This document shows positions 63,530 through 64,000 of a DNA stretch of 64,000 nucleotides, one piece after another. The position numbers and the translations under genes are program-made. The notes beneath the pieces are model-generated. The model made no database searches. It was not told the origin of the DNA and saw only the letters and a program-made list of their open reading frames with translations. The stretch is from Azolla caroliniana. Its lineage: Eukaryota > Plantae > Polypodiophyta. The stretch is taken from positions 19,220,001-19,284,000 of the forward strand of contig JBHGNT010000002.1 in the NCBI GenBank assembly GCA_043228905.1. The letters run 5' to 3'. Position 1 is the stretch's first letter, and the number at the start of each line of letters is the position of its first letter.

Positions 63530-64000
63530 TGTCGTACCTTTCGGCGTCAGATCATTTGTGTGAGTCGGGTGGGAACCGCTGGGGTTTTGGACTAGGATGA
63601 GGAAGAATTTAAGACGATTTTAATTATGAATAGATTATTATAAACTTGCGAATCCCACAAGTATAATATATTTTATTAATCAGTATTTAGATAAGAATAT
63701 GTATTTAGATTGAAAGAAAGATATAAGAAACTTGTGAATCCCACAAGTATAGATTATATTATTTTCGTGAATCCCACAATTATGTTAATTGGTTGGTGTT
63801 TTCGGAAATATATCCAATTTCCAAGTATTTCACACCCCTACTTACATTGTCCTCCTCATCCTTATATAGAGATGAGAGAGTCTTAGCAATCCATGCATTT
63901 TCTTCTCTAACTATAGACTCCATGCTTTTCCTATAGATAGACTATATGCTTTATCTAAAGTGATCATGCTTTTTCTAACTTGTGCGTTTTTTATTATCAA
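63530..64000 (-). mobile_element. LTR (U5 end) of another A/C/G-lineage gypsy 'H', running off the window
   Basis: TGTCGTA terminus; minus strand CCTAGTCCAAAACCCCAGCGGTTCC matches A CTAGTCCAGAACCCCCGCGGTTCC; three GAATCCCACAA repeats. Confidence 0.75.

Overview
Eukaryotic, land-plant-type genomic DNA, inferred to be from a non-seed plant such as a fern, lycophyte or bryophyte (Tcn1-like chromovirus, tRNA-Trp-primed non-chromoviral Ty3/gypsy elements, RTEX-like LINEs, abundant (CT)n). About three quarters of the window is transposon-derived. Positions 1-24.7 kb are a six-level nest of LTR retrotransposons: copia D inside pol-less gypsy C, inside an LTR of copia B, inside the integrase of gypsy A, inside a gypsy LTR, inside a copia relic. 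Positions 42.9-54.3 kb are a second nest (gypsy G in copia F in a LINE). Two intact host genes are present: a two-exon MIO-dependent aromatic amino-acid lyase/mutase (minus strand, 36502-34199, ~720 aa) whose diagnostic motifs follow Taxus phenylalanine aminomutase (PAM) rather than canonical PAL, and a single-exon LRX-type LRR protein without an extensin tail (58800-60110). Best leads: (1) the PAM-like enzyme; (2) a covariation-supported -1 frameshift pseudoknot placed after the protease in two divergent gypsy elements; (3) a pol-less gypsy derivative whose Gag appears fused to a ~940-codon repeat-rich frame. All alignments were done by eye against remembered reference sequences; no database search was run.
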